A DNA stretch of 64,000 nucleotides from Macrostomum lignano. Lineage: Eukaryota. The position numbers and the translations under genes were made by a program. The stretch is taken from positions 62,001-126,000 of the forward strand of contig NIVC01001010.1 of NCBI GenBank assembly GCA_002269645.1, written 5' to 3'. Below, in pieces: positions 37,638 to 50,254 of this stretch. The notes beneath the pieces were generated by a model. It did no database searches, was not told the origin of the DNA, and saw only the letters and a list, made by a program, of their open reading frames with translations. Position 1 is the stretch's first letter. Every line of letters begins with the position of its first letter.

Positions 37638-39063
37638 GCTGGCGCCTCAATCATGGTCTGTTTTGGCGCCTCCATCATGGTCTGTTTTGGCGCCTCCATC
37701 ATGGTCTGTTTTGGCGCCTCCATCATGGTCTGTTTTGGCGCCTCTATAATGGTCTGTTTTGGCGCCTCCATCATGGTCTGTTTTGGCGCCTCTATAATGG
37801 TCTGTTTTGGCGCCTCCATCATGGTCTGTTTTGGCGCCTCCATCATGGTCTGTTTTGGCGTCTCTATAATGGTCTGTTTTGGCGCCTCCATCATGGTCTG
37901 TTTTGGCGCCTCCATCATGGTCTGTTTTGGCGCCTCCATCATTGGTCTGTTTTGGCGTCTCTATAATGGTCTGTTTTGGCGCCTCAATAATCTAGTTGGC
38001 GCCTCTATAATGGTCTGTTTTGGCGCCTCCATCATGGTCTGTTTTGGCGCCTCAATAATCTAGCTGGCGCCTTTATCATAGTCTGTTTTGGCGCCTCCAT
38101 CATGGTCTGTTTTGGCGCCTCAATCATGGTCTGTTTTGGCACCTCCATCATGGTCTGTTTTGGCGTCTCTATAATGGTCTGTTTTGGCGCCTCAATAATC
38201 TAGTTGGCGCCTCTATAATGGTCTGTTTTGGCGCCTCCATCATGGTCTGTTTTGGCGTCTCTATAATGGTCTGTTTTGGCGCCTCCATCATGGTCTGTTT
38301 TGGCGTCTCTATAATGGTCTGTTTTGGCGCCTCAATCATGGTCTGTTTTGGCGTCTCTATAATGGTCTGTTTTGGCGCCTCAATCATGGTCTGCTTTGGC
38401 ACCTCCATCATATGGTCTGTTTTGGCACCTCCATCATATGGTCTGTTTTGGCGCCTCCATCATGGTCTGTTTTGGCGTCTCTATAATGGTCTGTTTTGGC
38501 GCCTCCATCATGGTCTGTTTTGGCGTCTCTATAATGGTCTGTTTTGGCGCCTCAATCATGGTCTGTTTTGGCACCTCCATCATATGGTCTGTTTTGGCAC
38601 CTCCATCATATGGTCTGTTTTGGCGCCTCCATCATGGTCTGTTTTGGCACCTCCATCATGGTCTGTTTTGGCGCCTCCATCATGGTCTGTTTTGGCGCCT
38701 CCATCATGGTCTGTTTTGGCGCCTCCATCATACGGTCTGTTTTGGCGCCTCCATCATGGTCTGTTTTGGCGCCTCCATCATGGTCTGTTTTGGCGCCTCC
38801 ATCATACGGTCTGTTTTGGCGCCTCATTAATCTAGCTTAAAAATTTAATATAACAAGAACCATACAGTAGTTTTCGATGTTGTGAAATTTCGACCTTGTG
38901 AAAGTGGTTGCTTTTTGAGTTTTCGACGTTATGAAATTTCGACCTAGTGAAATTTCGATCTTGTGAAAGAAGGTGCATTCGACGTTGTGAAATTTCGAGT
39001 TTGTGAACCCCCCCCCCATCATGGTCTGTTTTGGCGCCTCCATCATGGTCTGTTTTGGCGCCT
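37638..39063. repeat. 24-bp minisatellite (main array 37638-38825, two more units 39017-39063)
   Basis: Unit ggtctgttttggcgcctccatcat. Confidence 0.95.
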
Positions 39064-39122
39064 TTCAAAGTCCGTTTTGATTTGGCGATCCTGAAGTCTC
39101 ATTCGTTTAACTTTGTACTGAG

Positions 39123-39340
39123 CCAGGAGCGTCGTCAGGGACTTTATGGTGGAGTGACAAAGCCAAGAATTCTACATGTATACATTTTTGGCACTCATTT
39201 TGGAGTCCTTGAGCGCAATTATTGATTTCAACAACGGGTCACAAGGTGGGGTGAGGGACAAAGAATTGGCATGTCCCCCATAGCTTTTACTGGGGGGGGG
39301 GGGGCATGTCCCCCAGTCCCCCCTGGTGACGGCGTCCCTG
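39123..39340. mobile_element. MITE-like element, about 218 bp, 8-bp target duplication (hAT-like)
   Basis: gtactgag at 39115-39122 and 39341-39348; imperfect TIRs ccaggagcgtcgtcaggg / ccctggtgacggcgtccctg. Confidence 0.55.
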
Positions 39341-40334
39341 GTACTGAGAGCAGCATTATTGGAGCAGAAGGATAAGGACGAGCAGTACAAGTCTCGACTC
39401 CGTTACTTCTGCTAGCTACAATTGAGTGAAAAGTGTTGGCAAAGGTTCAACTACTCATAAAGAGAAAGATATTGAAATTGTCGGGCTCAAAAAAGTAACT
39501 TTTTTCTTGCTGCCATCTAGCTGCTTTTATTAGCATCGATCAGTATATGGCAATAGGGAGCCCTATATGGCTCATAAATGTGTTTTATGCATATCTATCT
39601 GCTTTCTTACATGCCCCGATAGTTATACTGGCCCCGGGGGTAGTTGACCGCGGAATTAAGTATTAAACTGTGCTTCTTCGCTGCTTATATTGAATCGAAT
39701 TGAAAGTTAAGAAGTTACAAAACTAATCATTTACATAACTGTTGTGCATGGCCTGCAGTCTGCAGGGGGGGGCGTGTTGCTACGCGCTATTAACTATTAA
39801 GTCTCCATGAGTTAGTGGGTGGGGGTGGTGCATAGAGGGTTTAAAGTTTGCCACTCTTTCCCTTTTCTTACCCCCAAGACTATATGAAATTAAAAGCTGC
39901 AGAATTCTTACAGCACACGCCAATTGTGTAACTGGATTATATTGGTGGGGAATTATGAAAACTGTTTGGCTTAGAATTATCCCCTTAACAACTATAGCAA
40001 CAACTGAAGCCCCCGGAACCCCACCTCCCCCTGCTGCACTGCCTCTATTATTGTGACTATAGTAGCTTATCAATACTTATAAACTATGTATAATGCAGTT
40101 TGAGCTGACACAGACAGTGTTGTGCAGTATAAGTGTCTTTGCGAAGGCAAAATATAACTGGACAACCGCATAGCGTGTAAAAATGCTTGTCTGATCACCG
40201 AATATGCAAGGGTTTGCAAGCTATTGGACTTCCTTCTAATCTAACTGTATTGTATTAGACTGGGAACCGAGTGTAAACTCATTTGTGAGCTGAAAGTTTA
40301 AGAAGTTTGGTTTTGTGAATTTGGGGTACTTGTC

Positions 40335-41232
40335 AAGTTAGAGTGTTGTAAAGTTGGGATGTTGTAAAGTTGGTGTGTTGTGAAGTTAGGGTGTTGTGAA
40401 GTTAAGGTGTTGTGAAGTTAAGGTGTTGTGAAGTTGGTGTGTTGTGAAGTTAGGGTGTTGTGAAGTTAGGGTGTTGTGAAGTTGGGGTGTTGTGAAGTTG
40501 GGGTGTTGTGAATTTGGGGTACTTGTCAAGTTAGAGTGTTGTAAAATTGGGATGTTGTAAAGTTGGGATGTTGTAAAGTTGGTGTGTTGTGAAGTTAGGG
40601 CGTTGTGAAGTTAGGGTGTTGTAAAGTTGGTGTGTTGTGAAGTTGGTGTGTTGTGAAGTTGGGGTGTTGTGAAGTTGGGGTGTTGTGAATTTGGGGTACT
40701 TGTCAAGTTAGAGTGTTGTAAAATTGGGATGTTGTAAAGTTGGGATGTTGTAAAGTTGGTGTGTTGTGAAGTTGGGGTGTTGTGAAGTTAAGGTGTTGTG
40801 AAGTTAAGGTGTTGTGAAGTTGGTGTGTTGTGAAGTTAGGGTGTTGTGAAGTTAGGGTGTTGTGAAGTTGGGGTGTTGTGAAGTTGGGGTGTTGTGAATT
40901 TGGGGTACTTGTCAAGTTAGAGTGTTGTAAAATTGGGATGTTGTAAAGTTGGGATGTTGTAAAGTTGGTGTGTTGTGAAGTTAGGGCGTTGTGAAGTTAG
41001 GGTGTTGTAAAGTTGGTGTGTTGTGAAGTTGGTGTGTTGTGAAGTTGGGGTGTTGTGAAGTTGGGGTGTTGTGAATTTGGGGTACTTGTCAAGTTAGAGT
41101 GTTGTAAAATTGGGATGTTGTAAAGTTGGGATGTTGTAAAGTTGGTGTGTTGTGAAGTTAGGGGGTTGTGAAGTTGGGGTGTTGTGAAGTTGGGGTGTTG
41201 TGAAGTTAGGGTGTTGTGAAGTTGGGGTGTTT
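40335..41232. repeat. 16-bp minisatellite with higher-order blocks
   Basis: Unit gtgttgtgaagttRgg, punctuated by recurring gaatttggggtacttgtcaagttagag. Confidence 0.95.
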
Positions 41233-42139
41233 ATGAATGAGGGTATTGTAAAGTTTAGGCTTTTGGGCCAATTCAGAATCGGTATAGCTTTTAGTGCAAA
41301 TGCATGCCGTGGTGATGGAATGATTTTATGCAAATGCCGTTACTCTAGCATTTCAGATAGCAGTAGAAGCATGGGTTTTATAGCAGCATAGGCAGCACAG
41401 GCAATCGCAGGTGGTGGTGAGCATTCACGTCTCACGGAAATCTCTCGGCTGCACCTTTACATACGTTCCTGTATAATACAATATAACCCAGATCCCGTTT
41501 CCTGTTAGGACAAGCGGGAACTTGACAATTCGCGCACCCTTCTTTATAGTCGAACTCGAATAGCAATTTTGGTTGCCAAGGTGGAAACACAAGCTGCGGT
41601 ATATGGTTGGGTGGGTGCAAGCGTTATAGCCGGGTCCTCTTTGAACTGGTCTTTGAGCTCAAGTTATACAACTAGCCGCCCGCTTATGCCCGGAATATGA
41701 GGCAATAAACTTGCTTGCTCTGCTCAACATGGGACACAAAGTCGACTCCGCTTTAGGCGGCTGGGCTGGGGAGAGAGACAAGCGGTCATAAAAACTATTT
41801 TATACCGGGAGGGGGGATCAAAGTTACTAAATACTTGAAGAAGACGCCCGGCAATTTCTGTCTTTCTTGCTCTGGGGGCATTCCATGGCTACAGCTGGGC
41901 CTCAACGCCTGCATAAGATCTTAGTCCTAACCCACTGCCCACTGACCGTTCTCATTAATTATTGCGGGCCCCTCCTCTGAATAGGTGCGCGCTCGGTTTG
42001 CATCTGTGAGCAACATGTGCGTGGGAGGAATTCCCGGGAATACAATTTTTATGAATTCGAACCTATAGTCGGATCTGTTAGCGTTAGCGTAAATGAAGAC
42101 TGCGTTGAGTAGGGGTGTCTGTGACCGACTGCTCATCCT

Positions 42140-42715
42140 ATTGTCGATGACTCAGTGCTCATCCTTTGTTACCGAGTGATCATCCTATTGTCTATGACCG
42201 AGTGCTCACCTATATTGTCTATGACCGAGTGCTCATCCTATTGTGTCTGTGACCCAGTGCTCATATCTATGACCAAGTTTGCATCCTTTTTTTATGTCCA
42301 ACGCTGATCCTAGTGTCTATGGCCAATGCTTATCCTAGTGTCTATGGCCAAAGGTTATTCTAGTGTCTATGCCCCATGCTGATCCTAGTGTCTATGGCCA
42401 ATGCTAATCCTAATGTCTATGGCCAATGCTAATCCTAATGTCTATGGCCAGTGCTGATCCTAGTGTCCATGGCCAATGCTGATCCTAGTGTCTATGGCCA
42501 ATGCTAATCCTAGTGTCTATGGCCAATGCTAATCCTAGTGTCTATGGCCAATGCTGATCCTAGTGTCTATGGCCAATGCTAATCCTAGTGTCTATGGCCA
42601 ATGCTAATCCTAGTGTCTATGGCCAATGCTGATCCTAGTGTCTATGGACAATGCTGATCCTAGTGTCTATGGCCAATGCAAATCCTATTGTCTATGGCCA
42701 AATGCTGATCCTATG
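42140..42715. repeat. 25-bp minisatellite
   Basis: Unit ctatggccaatgctRatcctagtgt, degenerate at its left end. Confidence 0.9.
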
Positions 42716-43224
42716 CGGTAAACTACTGCAGTCACGACAACTCAAGCGATAATGCTCGCAGCTTTCAGTGTGGGAGTGGCTCGCCTCATTTCCCCAGTCT
42801 CAGCAGCGATGATTGATGCGCACAGCAGGCCACACCCAGCGCCAAGTGTAAAGTGAAAGGTAAAAAAATTGACAGCTATTTCCATCGGTTTCCAGTTTCC
42901 TGCAGTATCCACTCATTTGATCGCTTCATTCAGGATTATTAAAGCTCGAAAATTATTTGCGTGACTTTGAGGATCCGAACTTAGATAGATGATTTTCGCT
43001 GAGATCTGTCACTGAGTTAATGCATACTCATCTTTGCTTGCTTGGACATGGATCAACTTTCAGCAGAAACTGCTAATCCTGTACTCACGCTTCTTCAGCT
43101 ATGCATGCCCTCGGGTCTAAGCTAAGCCTATCCGTATTGATAGGCGTTGGCGGAGTTCAGATCTTGTGACAAAACTGTGCAAAGAATAAAAGGCTGCCAA
43201 GCTTCCACCACATATTGCTTTGGA

Positions 43225-43672
43225 TGAGAGGTGAGCGAGGCAGAGTGAGAGGGGGAGTGTAAGAGGAAAGAAAGTGAGAGGGGAGAGAGTGAGAGGGGAG
43301 AGTGAGAGGGGAGAGAGTGAGAGGGGGGAGAGTGAGAGGGGAGAGTGAGAGGGGGGAGAGTGAGAGGGGAGAGAGTGAGAGGCGAGAGTGAGAGGGGAGA
43401 GAGTGAGAAGGGAGAGTGAGAGGCGAGAGTGAGAGGGGAGAGAGTGAGAAGGGAGAGTGAGAGGCGAGAGTGAGAGGGGAGAGAGTGAGAAGGGAGAGTG
43501 AGAGGCGAGAGAGTGAGAAAGTGAGAGGGGAGAGTGAGAAAGTGAGAGGGGGTGAGAATGGGAGAGTGAGAGGGGTGAGAATGGGAGAGTGAGAGGGGGT
43601 GAGAATGGGAGAGTGAGAGGGGGTGAGAATGGGAGAGTGAGAGGGGAGTGAGAGGCGAGAGGCGAATGAGAA
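43225..43672. repeat. GA-rich satellite
   Basis: Recurring gagtgagagggga motif. Confidence 0.9.
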
Positions 43673-46651
43673 TTAGAGTAGAAAGTAGAATTCTCAAGAA
43701 GAAGATGGAGCAGGAAGATTGACAACTTAGATAAAAGCTCTCTTTTTAAAAGAAGAGAGTACAATGGCACATCAATAAGGGAAGAATTGAGTTACGAATC
43801 CCCCCAAAAAGTGAGAGCCGGAAGGCTTGAAATCTAATAAATAAATCTAATAAATTTTCACAATTCGAAGGAAATACATTTATCATCGAATTCTGTTTCG
43901 AATGTTACAGAGGCTTTGAACCTGGTATTTTGAACCTGCTCTAACTCTATATCTATGCTGTATTTCAGACCCCGATCGGATTTCAATGCGGTCACGCCCA
44001 CAGCCTGAAGTGTTATGGAACTTCACTCTATCGCTGTCTCAGCTCCGCCAAGGTGCGCTCACTGGAATGTCAGCTTTGACAGGTTCGCTTCGACGGATCG
44101 GTTCGGTTTGACGGGGCCCGTCGCTGCATTATAGAGGGTAGGCGTGGCCCTGCCGCAATCTTTAGCTAATAGCAGCTGCGGCTGACGGGCCCGCGCACCT
44201 GAAATCTGAGCTGGAAATAATCGCCATATCACACATTTAGGTGTGGGCGAATATATGGAGGCGAGGAAAAACTGGTGCTATAGCTTAGCACAAGGCCATA
44301 TGCAACAGCCATTGATGTTTGAAATATGCGATTTTGAAGCGAAAGGTGTACGCGGGGCGGCGCATTTCTAATAATTACCTACCATCTAATTAATTTCGAG
44401 AAAATCCACATGTTTCCCGATATTGGCTCCCCCATGTCCCTGGATACTATACATTGGCATTTGAGAGTAGGGCATGCTGTTGTCAAGATGCTTCGGTAAG
44501 TCTTAATTTCCACGTCTTCTTAGAGCTATTAATTATAACTTTCATCAGCGATCGAGGCTCTTCTTTATTTGGGAACAAATGCATGCAATTGGATTTTTGC
44601 TAATCAATCTCCTTTTAGATACATTTGTCAATATGGTAGACTAGAATCGAAGTTTTTGGGGTCGTAATTCGTGTATCTACACTATTAATAAAAGTATACG
44701 CTACATGTACATATAGCCATTTATACTGCGCATTGCCACTTTATTATTTATAGTTAATTGCACGTACATAAATATGCATTTAGTAGTCAGCATGGAGTGT
44801 AGAAGATTACAGACAAAGCCGAAGCTTACGGATTTATACTCAAAGACTACAATACAACCATAAAAGTAATGAATGAAAAAGCGTTTAATGATCAACATGT
44901 TCTTACTAGCAGTAGCAATTAAGCATTCGTAATAATAACTTAAGGGTGAACAGCCTTATTTGATCCTTGTCTATTTGACAAACGACAAGGACTACTAGAA
45001 CCTTGTATTACTATTGTATTACTATTGTTGTATTACTATAAGTATTACTATTGTTAGACTGAATTTGATTTTCTAATGTTTAGCACACGAGATTTCAGCT
45101 GCAAGTTGGATCAACGTCGCTAAAGCTTCAGAGCTATATATACACGATGCTCAGCTTGATTATGCGCACGAAATACTGTTGCTGCAGCATCAATTTGAGG
45201 AATTTAAAGTTAATAAAAATAATATGTTGTTTAAGTGCACTTAAGGTATAAGGTTGTATTGTAATCAAAATTGAAAACTTATAAATAAAACGGTTAAAAC
45301 GAACCCGGTACTTTACTAAAACAAAACTGTCAAATCATATGAGAATGATATTTCTTTATTTGTTCAAAATTTAAAGTTTTGAAAATTTGTTAGTTTTTCT
45401 GCCTAATATGCTATTTTGGTAAAAAATTGTTTGTCAAACTAAATTTAAAATTGGAAATATAAAAACTACTTATTAGAATTCCAAGAATCTCTCTGTAATC
45501 GCGAATTCATCTTTAACCTAAATTATTGACTTCAATTCTTAAAAAATAAATATTGATTGTCACGGGTATCGCTAGCTATACTATACTTATACTACACCTC
45601 TATAATCGCTCTCCATTATTTGCTGTGTTGAAAAATATTGTCGATATTCTAAAATTAATTTTCAATTGAGATTGACAAGAAACCTGGTGAAACCAGATCT
45701 CTGGCAGGATGAGTCTTTTGAAAAGCATATTTGGCATTTTGATAATCATCTTTTTTGTTTTCACTTCCTGCACGAAATCAATCGATTCATCTCCAAAGTG
45801 CACTGAGCAACAAAAAAATATTAAAGAAAAACTTTCATCTGCTGCTGTTCAATCAAAGTTTGTTTCAGAGGTTAGTTAATTTTTTTTGGTTTAAAAAGTA
45901 CCTTTTATTGATCAGGGGCAGCAGAGCCTAATATTTTAGGGCCAATTAGGGGGGAGGGCTCTAGGCATGGGGCACAGGGGCATGGGTGTCCTTATAGCTA
46001 TAATAAGCTACTAGGGGGGCTTAATCCTATATACTAAAAATGAGTTGTCTGTATATGGGTATGCAATTGATTTCAGAAAAATTGGCTCAACCGATTTTCT
46101 TCAAACTTGCACCATTTGATCAGAAATTTTCCTGGGACAGTACATGCATCTTGGCTAAGAAATTGCTCAATGTTAAAGGGATTAAATATTCAAAAAACAT
46201 GCTTTTTTGCAAAGGTCAAGCCAAATTTTCGACTTGAATTGTATTATAAGAATGCTAGAGAAAAAACTGATTGACTGAATTTTGATTCTGATAAATATTA
46301 CATCACAACAAGTTGAAAACAGTGTCGAAGAAATGCGCACAAGACTTGATTAAAATTGCATAATTATATTGCTAACTTCAATTGAGACAGATACTGACTG
46401 ACTGAGAAATTGATTATGTCATACACCTTTTTACACTAAACGACTTGCTATAAGTATTGAATTATAAGGGCCAAAATTCATGTTCTCCAATTGAAAAGAG
46501 ATAGTCTAGATGCGAACAGACTGGACTGCTAATGTAGCAACCTGGGTTCGAATCTTAGTAGTGCAAAATAATTTTTTTATTAAAATACCTTAAAAACACA
46601 AAATGCTAAACATAAAAGAGCCACCATGTCAAACATTACAGAGCCACCATA

Positions 46652-47960
46652 CGAGGGTCACTCAGAAAGTTCTTAGCTTGAACACGAAAACAGCAACAAA
46701 TGAACTAAAAAACGACTACAAGTGCTCAAAATACTCTCCACCGGCATTGATACAGGCTTGCATCCTGTGAAACCAGCTGTTGAAGCACTGCCGCCAATCC
46801 TCATCCCGGAGCTCCTCGATGATGTTTTTAAACTCATTCACAGCTTCTTCCGGTGAAGAAAAGACCTGGCCCTTCAGAATCTCCTTGCACTTCGGAAACA
46901 GAAAAAAGTCGCACGGTGCCAGGTCTGGACTGTAAGCAGGGTGAGTCATCAGCTGGACCCCACAGTCAGCCAGAAACTCCAGAGTTTGAGCCGCCGTGTG
47001 CGCGCTGGCGTTGTCGTGGTGCAGAAGCACCCCACGCATTCCGCACCTTGGGCGCCTCTGGCTCACAGCAGAAAAGACCTTGGGCAGGCAAACCGTTGTG
47101 TACCAGTCAGCGGTGACTGTCTGGCGATCTTCAAGTGAAACGGAAGCCACATGCCCAGTGCGCATGAAGAAACAGGCCACCATCTGCTTGCCGACACTCC
47201 GGCTGCGTCGAAACTTGGTGGGGCTGTCCTCGTCTCCAAAGGTCCACATGGCTGACTGGCGCTTGCTTTCGGGGTCGTATTGATAAATCCAGGTCTCATC
47301 GCCCGTGAGGATGTCCCAGATACGCCGGCTGGTCCCGGATTCGAATTTCTGCAGCATGAATCGGCACCAAGCCACCCTGGTGTCCTTCTGCACGTCCGAC
47401 AGCTGATGGGGATCCACCGGGAAGCCAGCTTCCGCACTCCAAGGTGTTCGTGCATAATGGCGTGCACACTCCCCGATCCAATACCGATCTCCTGCTGGAT
47501 CTGCTGGTAGGTCACTCGCCGGTCAGCGGCAATCATGCTGGACACAGCGCAGATATTTTCTGGAGTCACTGCGTCACAGGGTCTCCCGGATCGATGTTCA
47601 TCTTCGAGGCTTTCTCGACCTCGGCGAAACTCAGCGAACCAGTTTTTGACGGTTGCGTATGAAGGACATACATGGGTGAAAACGTTCTGTAAAGTTTGAT
47701 ACGATTCGGCCGGCGACTTGCCTTGCTTGAAGTGCAGGTACATCATTGCTCTGAAGTCGCGATTTTCCAGCTTCATTGTTGAATTGAAGATCTCAGGGGG
47801 TGAACTGACTTTAACTCGCTGCAGTGGACTCAAAAGTGGCTGCTTCTGTTTGAAATTTTTGCTGCGATACTTTTAAAAGTTGGTCTTTACCATAGACAAA
47901 TTTCATGCTTCTACGTCTCGTGGATCCTACTCAGGCTAAAGACTTTCTGAGTGACCCTCG
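46652..47960 (-). mobile_element. Full-length mariner (DD34D) DNA transposon, 1309 bp
   Basis: TIRs cgagggtcactcagaaagttcttagcttga / cgagggtcactcagaaagtctttagcctga; TA duplication at 46650-46651 and 47961-47962; inserted in a satellite. Confidence 0.97.
46716..47776 (-). pseudogene. Mariner transposase with a single 1-nt deletion (353 aa if repaired)
   Basis: HTH region, WIPH, TGDETW, HHDNASAH, YSPDLAPCD with 34 residues between D2 and D3; frameshift in the G run at 47408-47411. Confidence 0.93.
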
Positions 47961-47962
47961 TA

Positions 47963-50200
47963 TTGAACATAAAAGAGCCACCATATTAAAAATAAAAGAG
48001 CTACCATGTAAAACATTAAAGAGCCACCATGTCAAACATTAAAGAGCCACCATGAAGAACATTAAAGAGCCACCATGTCAAACATTTAAGAGCCACCATG
48101 TAAAAAATATACGTGACTCCATGACAAACATATACGTGACTCCATTTCAAACATTAAAGAACCACCATGTCAAATATAAAAGATCCACCATGTCAAACAT
48201 TATTGAGCCACCATGTCAAACATTATTGAGCCACCATGTCAAACATTATTGAGCCACCATGTCAAACATAAAATAGTTTATTTTGTTTTGTTTTGTCAAA
48301 CATTAAAGAGCCACCATGTCAAACATATACGTGACTCCATGTCAAAGATAAAAGAGCCACCATGTCAAACATAAAAGAGCCACTATTTCGAATATTAAAG
48401 AGCCACCATGTCTAAATTAAAAAGCCACTGTGTCAAACATTAAAGAGCCACTATTTCGAACATTAAAGAGCCACCATGTCAAACATTGAGGAGCCACCAT
48501 GTCAAGCATAAAAGAGCCACCATTTTGAATATTAAAGAGCCACCATGTCAAACATTTAAGAGCCACCATTTCAAACATTTAAGAGCCACCATGTCAAAGC
48601 TAAAAGAGCCACCATGTCAAACATTAAAGAGCCATCATGCCAAACCTAAAAAAGCCACCATGTCTAACATATATGTGACTCCATGTCAAACATTAAAGAG
48701 CCACCATTTCGAACATTAAAGAGCCACCATGTCAAACATAACAGAGCCACCATTTCAAAAATTAAAGAGCAACAATGTCAAACATAAAAAAGCCACCATG
48801 TGAAACATAAAAGAGTTATCATGTCAAAAATATACGTGACTCTATGTCAAACATTTAAGAGCCACCATGTCAAACATTAAAGAGCTATCATGTTAAACAT
48901 AAAATAGCCACCATGTCAAACATAGAAGAGCCACCATGTCAAACATTAAAGAGCCACCATGTCAAACATATACGTGACTCCATGTCAAACATAGAAGAGC
49001 CACCGTGTCAAACATTAAAGAGCCACCATGTCAAACATAGAAGAGACACTATGTCAAACATATACGTGACTCCATGTCAAACATTAAATAGCCACCATGT
49101 CAATCATAACAGAGACAACATTTCAAATGTAAAATGGCTGCCATGGCGAACATTAAAGAGCCACCATGTCAAACATAAAAGAGACACCATGTCAAACATT
49201 AAAGAGCTACCATGTCAAACATTAAAGAGCCACCATGTCAAACATTAAAGAGCCACCATGTCAAACATTAAAGAGCCACCATGTCGAACATAAAAGAGCC
49301 ACCATGTCAAATATATACGTGACTCCATGTCAAACATTAAAGCACCATCATGTCAAACATATATATGACTGCATGTCAAACATAAAAGCGCCACCATGGT
49401 GAACATTAAAGAGCCACCCTCTCAAACATAAAAGAGCCACTATGTCAAACATATATGTGACTCCATGTCAAACATTAAACATAAAAGAGACACCATGTCA
49501 AAACATTATTGAGCCACCATGTCAAACATTAAAAAGCTTGTTTGTTTACTCATAAAAGAGATAAAACACATAAAAGAGCCACCATGTCAAACATATATGA
49601 CTCCATGTCAAACCTTAAACACAGAAAAGACACCATGTCACACATAAGGGAGCCACCATATCAAACATAAAAACATTATGTCAAAACATTATTGAGCCAT
49701 TATGCCCAATATAAAAAGACACAATTTCAAATGTAAAAGGGCCGCCATGTCAAACATAGAAGAGCCACCATGTGGAACATTAAGGAGCCACCATGTCAAA
49801 CATAAAAGAGCCACCATTTCAAACATTAAAAAGCTATCATGTCAAACACAAAAGAGCCACCATGTCAAACATAGAAGAGACACAATGTCAAACATAGAAG
49901 AGACACCATGTCAAACATAGAAGAGCCACCATGTCAAACAACTAAGCCACTATGTCAAACATAACAGAGACAACATTTCAAACGTAAAAGGGCCATCATG
50001 GCAAACATGGAGGAGCCACCATGTCAACATTAAAGAGCTACCATGCCAAATATAGAAGAGCCACAATGTCAAACATTAAAGAGCTATCATGTCAAACACA
50101 AAAGAGCTACCATGTCAAACATAGAAGAGCTACCATGTCAAACATTAAAGAGCCACCTTTTTAAACAAAAAAGAGACACCATTTCAAACAAAAATAAGTG
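47963..50200. repeat. Degenerate about 23-bp satellite (also 46600-46651, left of the mariner)
   Basis: Unit aaagagccaccatgtcaaacatt. Confidence 0.95.
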
Positions 50201-50254
50201 TCATGCCAAACAAAATGGAACCATTATAAAGCTAAGGAAATTGTTGCACTAGCT

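Noticed and set aside
41432-42136. Short minus-strand ORFs of 62 and 69 aa
   Set aside because: No homology I can recognise and ambiguous splice boundaries.
42756-42860. MLAAFSVGVARLISPVSA as the sortilin signal peptide
   Set aside because: Weakly hydrophobic with an internal Arg, no furin site, and no evidence of linkage over 10 kb.
46045-46140. ggctcaaccgattttcttcaaactt resembling a DINE-1/Helentron-associated core
   Set aside because: Short resemblance from memory only; no termini identified.
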